DNA of 64,000 nt, from the NCBI RefSeq assembly GCF_042657385.1, contig NZ_JBHSLA010000001.1, positions 376,746-440,745 of the forward strand, read 5' to 3'. The position numbers and the translations under genes were made by a program. Below the pieces are notes generated by a model. The model worked only from the letters and a program-made list of their open reading frames with translations, had not been told where the DNA came from and did no database searches. Positions 62,159 to 64,000 of the stretch are shown in pieces. Each line of letters opens with the position of its first letter. Within the stretch, counting starts at the first letter, position 1. The DNA is from Bizionia hallyeonensis. GTDB taxonomy: Bacteria > Bacteroidota > Bacteroidia > Flavobacteriales > Flavobacteriaceae.

Positions 62159-63487
62159 TCATTCAAAAATCGCTTTGTAAATATCATTTCCATTTGCAAA
62201 CAACACCAAGGATATAAGTAGTATGAAACCAACTAGTTGCGCATACTCCATAAATTTATCGCCCGGTTTTCTACCCGAAATCATTTCGTAAATTAAAAAC
62301 ATAACATGACCACCATCCAAGGCAGGAATCGGCAATAAATTTAAAACACCTAACATAATAGATAGGAAAGCGGTAATAGCCCAAAAAGCTTTCCAGTTCC
62401 ATGATGGTGGAAACATATTTCCAATGGCTGCAAATCCACCCACTTGAGCTGCACCTTTTTTCGTGAAAATGTATTTAAACTGTGCCAAATAATCCTTAAT
62501 AGTCCAATAACCTAATGCGGCCCCTTTAGTAATACTTTCGCCAAAGGAATAATCCTTATGGTTAATTTTTACATAGTCTGGATCGGTTCCTTTGGTTATT
62601 ATACCAATAGTAGCATCATCACTTGGAGTTACTTTTAAAATTTCATTTTCGCCATTACGTTCTACAACAAGACTTACTTCTGGTGCTTGTGTGTTTTTCA
62701 GTACAAAAGACAAATCCGTTAGGTAATTTATTTCTATTCCATTAATATTAACTAATTTATCCGTAACCAAAAGTCCTGCTTTTTCAGCTGGGGAATCTGG
62801 CACAATAGAATCTAATACAAATGGTGTTCGTGGTGCCATGGCAGGTAAATCGCCAGCCTCAAACAACTGCGTTCCTATATCTTCTGGCAATGTTAGCGTT
62901 TCGGTAACTCCGGATTCACGTTCTACTTGTATTTCTTTAACATCTCTAAATAGTAAGTGGGACGTAATATCTGTAACTTCAGAAAAAGGCTTGCCGTCTA
63001 CCGATACTATTTTGTCACCTTGTTGGAAACCGTATTGCTCCATAGTTTTAGTAACACCAAAACCATATTTAATATCGTCCTTAGTTGTGTAGTCCGTTCC
63101 CCAAACAAACAATATCATCATATAAATAACGAAACCTAATACGAAGTTTACAAATACACCACCAAGCATAATTATTAAGCGTTGCCATGCTGGCTTGGTT
63201 CTAAATTCCCATGGTTGTGGTGGTTGAGCCATTTGTTCCTTATCCATGCTTTCATCAATCATTCCAGCAATTTTTACGTAACCACCTAATGGCAACCAGC
63301 CGATTCCGTAAACGGTATCGCCAATTTTTTTCTTGAATAATGAAAACTTAATATCGAAAAACAGGTAGAACTTTTCTACACGTGTTCCGAATAATTTTGC
63401 AGGAATAAAATGACCTAATTCATGTAAAACAATAAGAATAGACAGACTTAAAAATAATTGTGCTGCCTTTATTAATATAATTGTCAT
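62159..63487 (-). CDS. rseP: RIP zinc metalloprotease RseP (site-2 protease, M50 family)
   Basis: HELGHFIPAKLFG (HExxH) in TM1, PDZ domain in the middle, C-terminal LDGG motif (NLLPIPALDGGHVMF). 442 aa. Confidence 0.9.
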   Translation of the reverse strand: MTIILIKAAQLFLSLSILIVLHELGHFIPAKLFGTRVEKFYLFFDIKFSLFKKKIGDTVYGIGWLPLGGYVKIAGMIDESMDKEQMAQPPQPWEFRTKPAWQRLIIMLGGVFVNFVLGFVIYMMILFVWGTDYTTKDDIKYGFGVTKTMEQYGFQQGDKIVSVDGKPFSEVTDITSHLLFRDVKEIQVERESGVTETLTLPEDIGTQLFEAGDLPAMAPRTPFVLDSIVPDSPAEKAGLLVTDKLVNINGIEINYLTDLSFVLKNTQAPEVSLVVERNGENEILKVTPSDDATIGIITKGTDPDYVKINHKDYSFGESITKGAALGYWTIKDYLAQFKYIFTKKGAAQVGGFAAIGNMFPPSWNWKAFWAITAFLSIMLGVLNLLPIPALDGGHVMFLIYEMISGRKPGDKFMEYAQLVGFILLISLVLFANGNDIYKAIFE

Positions 63488-63560
63488 AAGAGATTCTTCT
63501 TTTTATAGCGCACAAAAGTAGTGTTTTAACACCATTTAGAAAACTATAAGCGCTTTATTG

Positions 63561-64000
63561 CTATTTTTTTAACACGGTTTTGTTTATAATACCACTATTC
63601 GTTTCAAACTTAACAAATAGTATTCCAGAAGCGTAGCCGGAAAAATCCATGCTAGAACTCCATGAACGCGTTTCCAAAAGCTGCCCTAATGCATTGTAAA
63701 TTTTCACATTATTAATCTGCAAGCTTTCTGGCTTCTGAATATGAATCCTATTAGAAGTTGGATTTGGATACACCATTAAATTGGCTTCTAAATCAAAGTT
63801 TTCCGTGGATAGTGTTACCGAATTGTTTTTGGATATGATATCACTTTCAGGATCAAAAAGCACATCAGCAACCGTAAAATTGACGGTTTTTAAAAAGCCT
63901 TGATTATTACTAGTATTATCTAAAATAACATCTAGTGTTTCGCCATTGGTGCCAATCAATCGGACAGGAATTGGCACTTCAAAAAAGCTGACAGACGCAT
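63561..64000 (-). CDS. 3' end of a T9SS-secreted protein (C-terminal sorting domain only). The gene continues beyond the window.
   Basis: LMVYPNPTSNRIHIQ...ILFVKFETNSGIINKTVLKK is the T9SS type-A CTD signature. The ORF is open to the window edge. Confidence 0.6.
   Translation of the reverse strand, partial: ASVSFFEVPIPVRLIGTNGETLDVILDNTSNNQGFLKTVNFTVADVLFDPESDIISKNNSVTLSTENFDLEANLMVYPNPTSNRIHIQKPESLQINNVKIYNALGQLLETRSWSSSMDFSGYASGILFVKFETNSGIINKTVLKK

Noticed and set aside
62838-63139. ORFs 62838..63092 and 62957..63139 inside rseP
   Set aside because: Antisense to the M50 protease.

Overview
This 64-kb window reads as a chromosomal segment from a Flavobacteriia-type Bacteroidota genome, and the one clearly accessory patch (58.8-62.1 kb, next to tRNA-Asn) is the best candidate for an undescribed multi-gene system. 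The taxonomic call rests on low GC (roughly mid-30s % by eye), three proteins ending in T9SS C-terminal sorting domains, CarbopepD_reg+plug TonB-dependent receptors, the conserved glycogen-synthase-like/DUF4270/glmS and panC/panD blocks, and TAnnTTTG-type -7 boxes. Most of the window is core housekeeping: ileS, dksA-like, lspA, radA, panCD, glmS, atpDC, recX, recO, gdhA, a metB-like gene, yicC, gmk, nadD, rseP and tRNA-Asn(GUU). These are interspersed with envelope and transport genes: three TonB-dependent receptors, a giant T9SS adhesin, a PorZ-like propeller protein, an MBOAT/AlgJ-like O-acyltransferase pair, an NfeD/flotillin pair and a sodium:solute symporter. In the accessory patch an APH-family phosphotransferase gene is frameshifted and 3'-truncated. 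It is followed by an XRE-HTH/Fic pair of the 'mobile mystery protein A/B' type, which sits behind a set of nested TGTAAAC/GTTTACA inverted repeats. Next come a co-oriented orphan 219-aa gene with immunity-protein-like features and a convergent CBS-pair gene, then tRNA-Asn with its own terminator. No integrase or transposase is visible, so this looks like a decayed insertion or cassette. Other second-look items are an orphan UmuD-like S24 peptidase with no UmuC, a 599-aa uncharacterized protein with an NMO/IMPDH-like phosphate-binding motif, and short tandem repeats in the atpD-atpC spacer. No CRISPR array, rRNA, integrase or transposase was found. Many small ORFs in the six-frame track are antisense shadows of real genes and were rejected.
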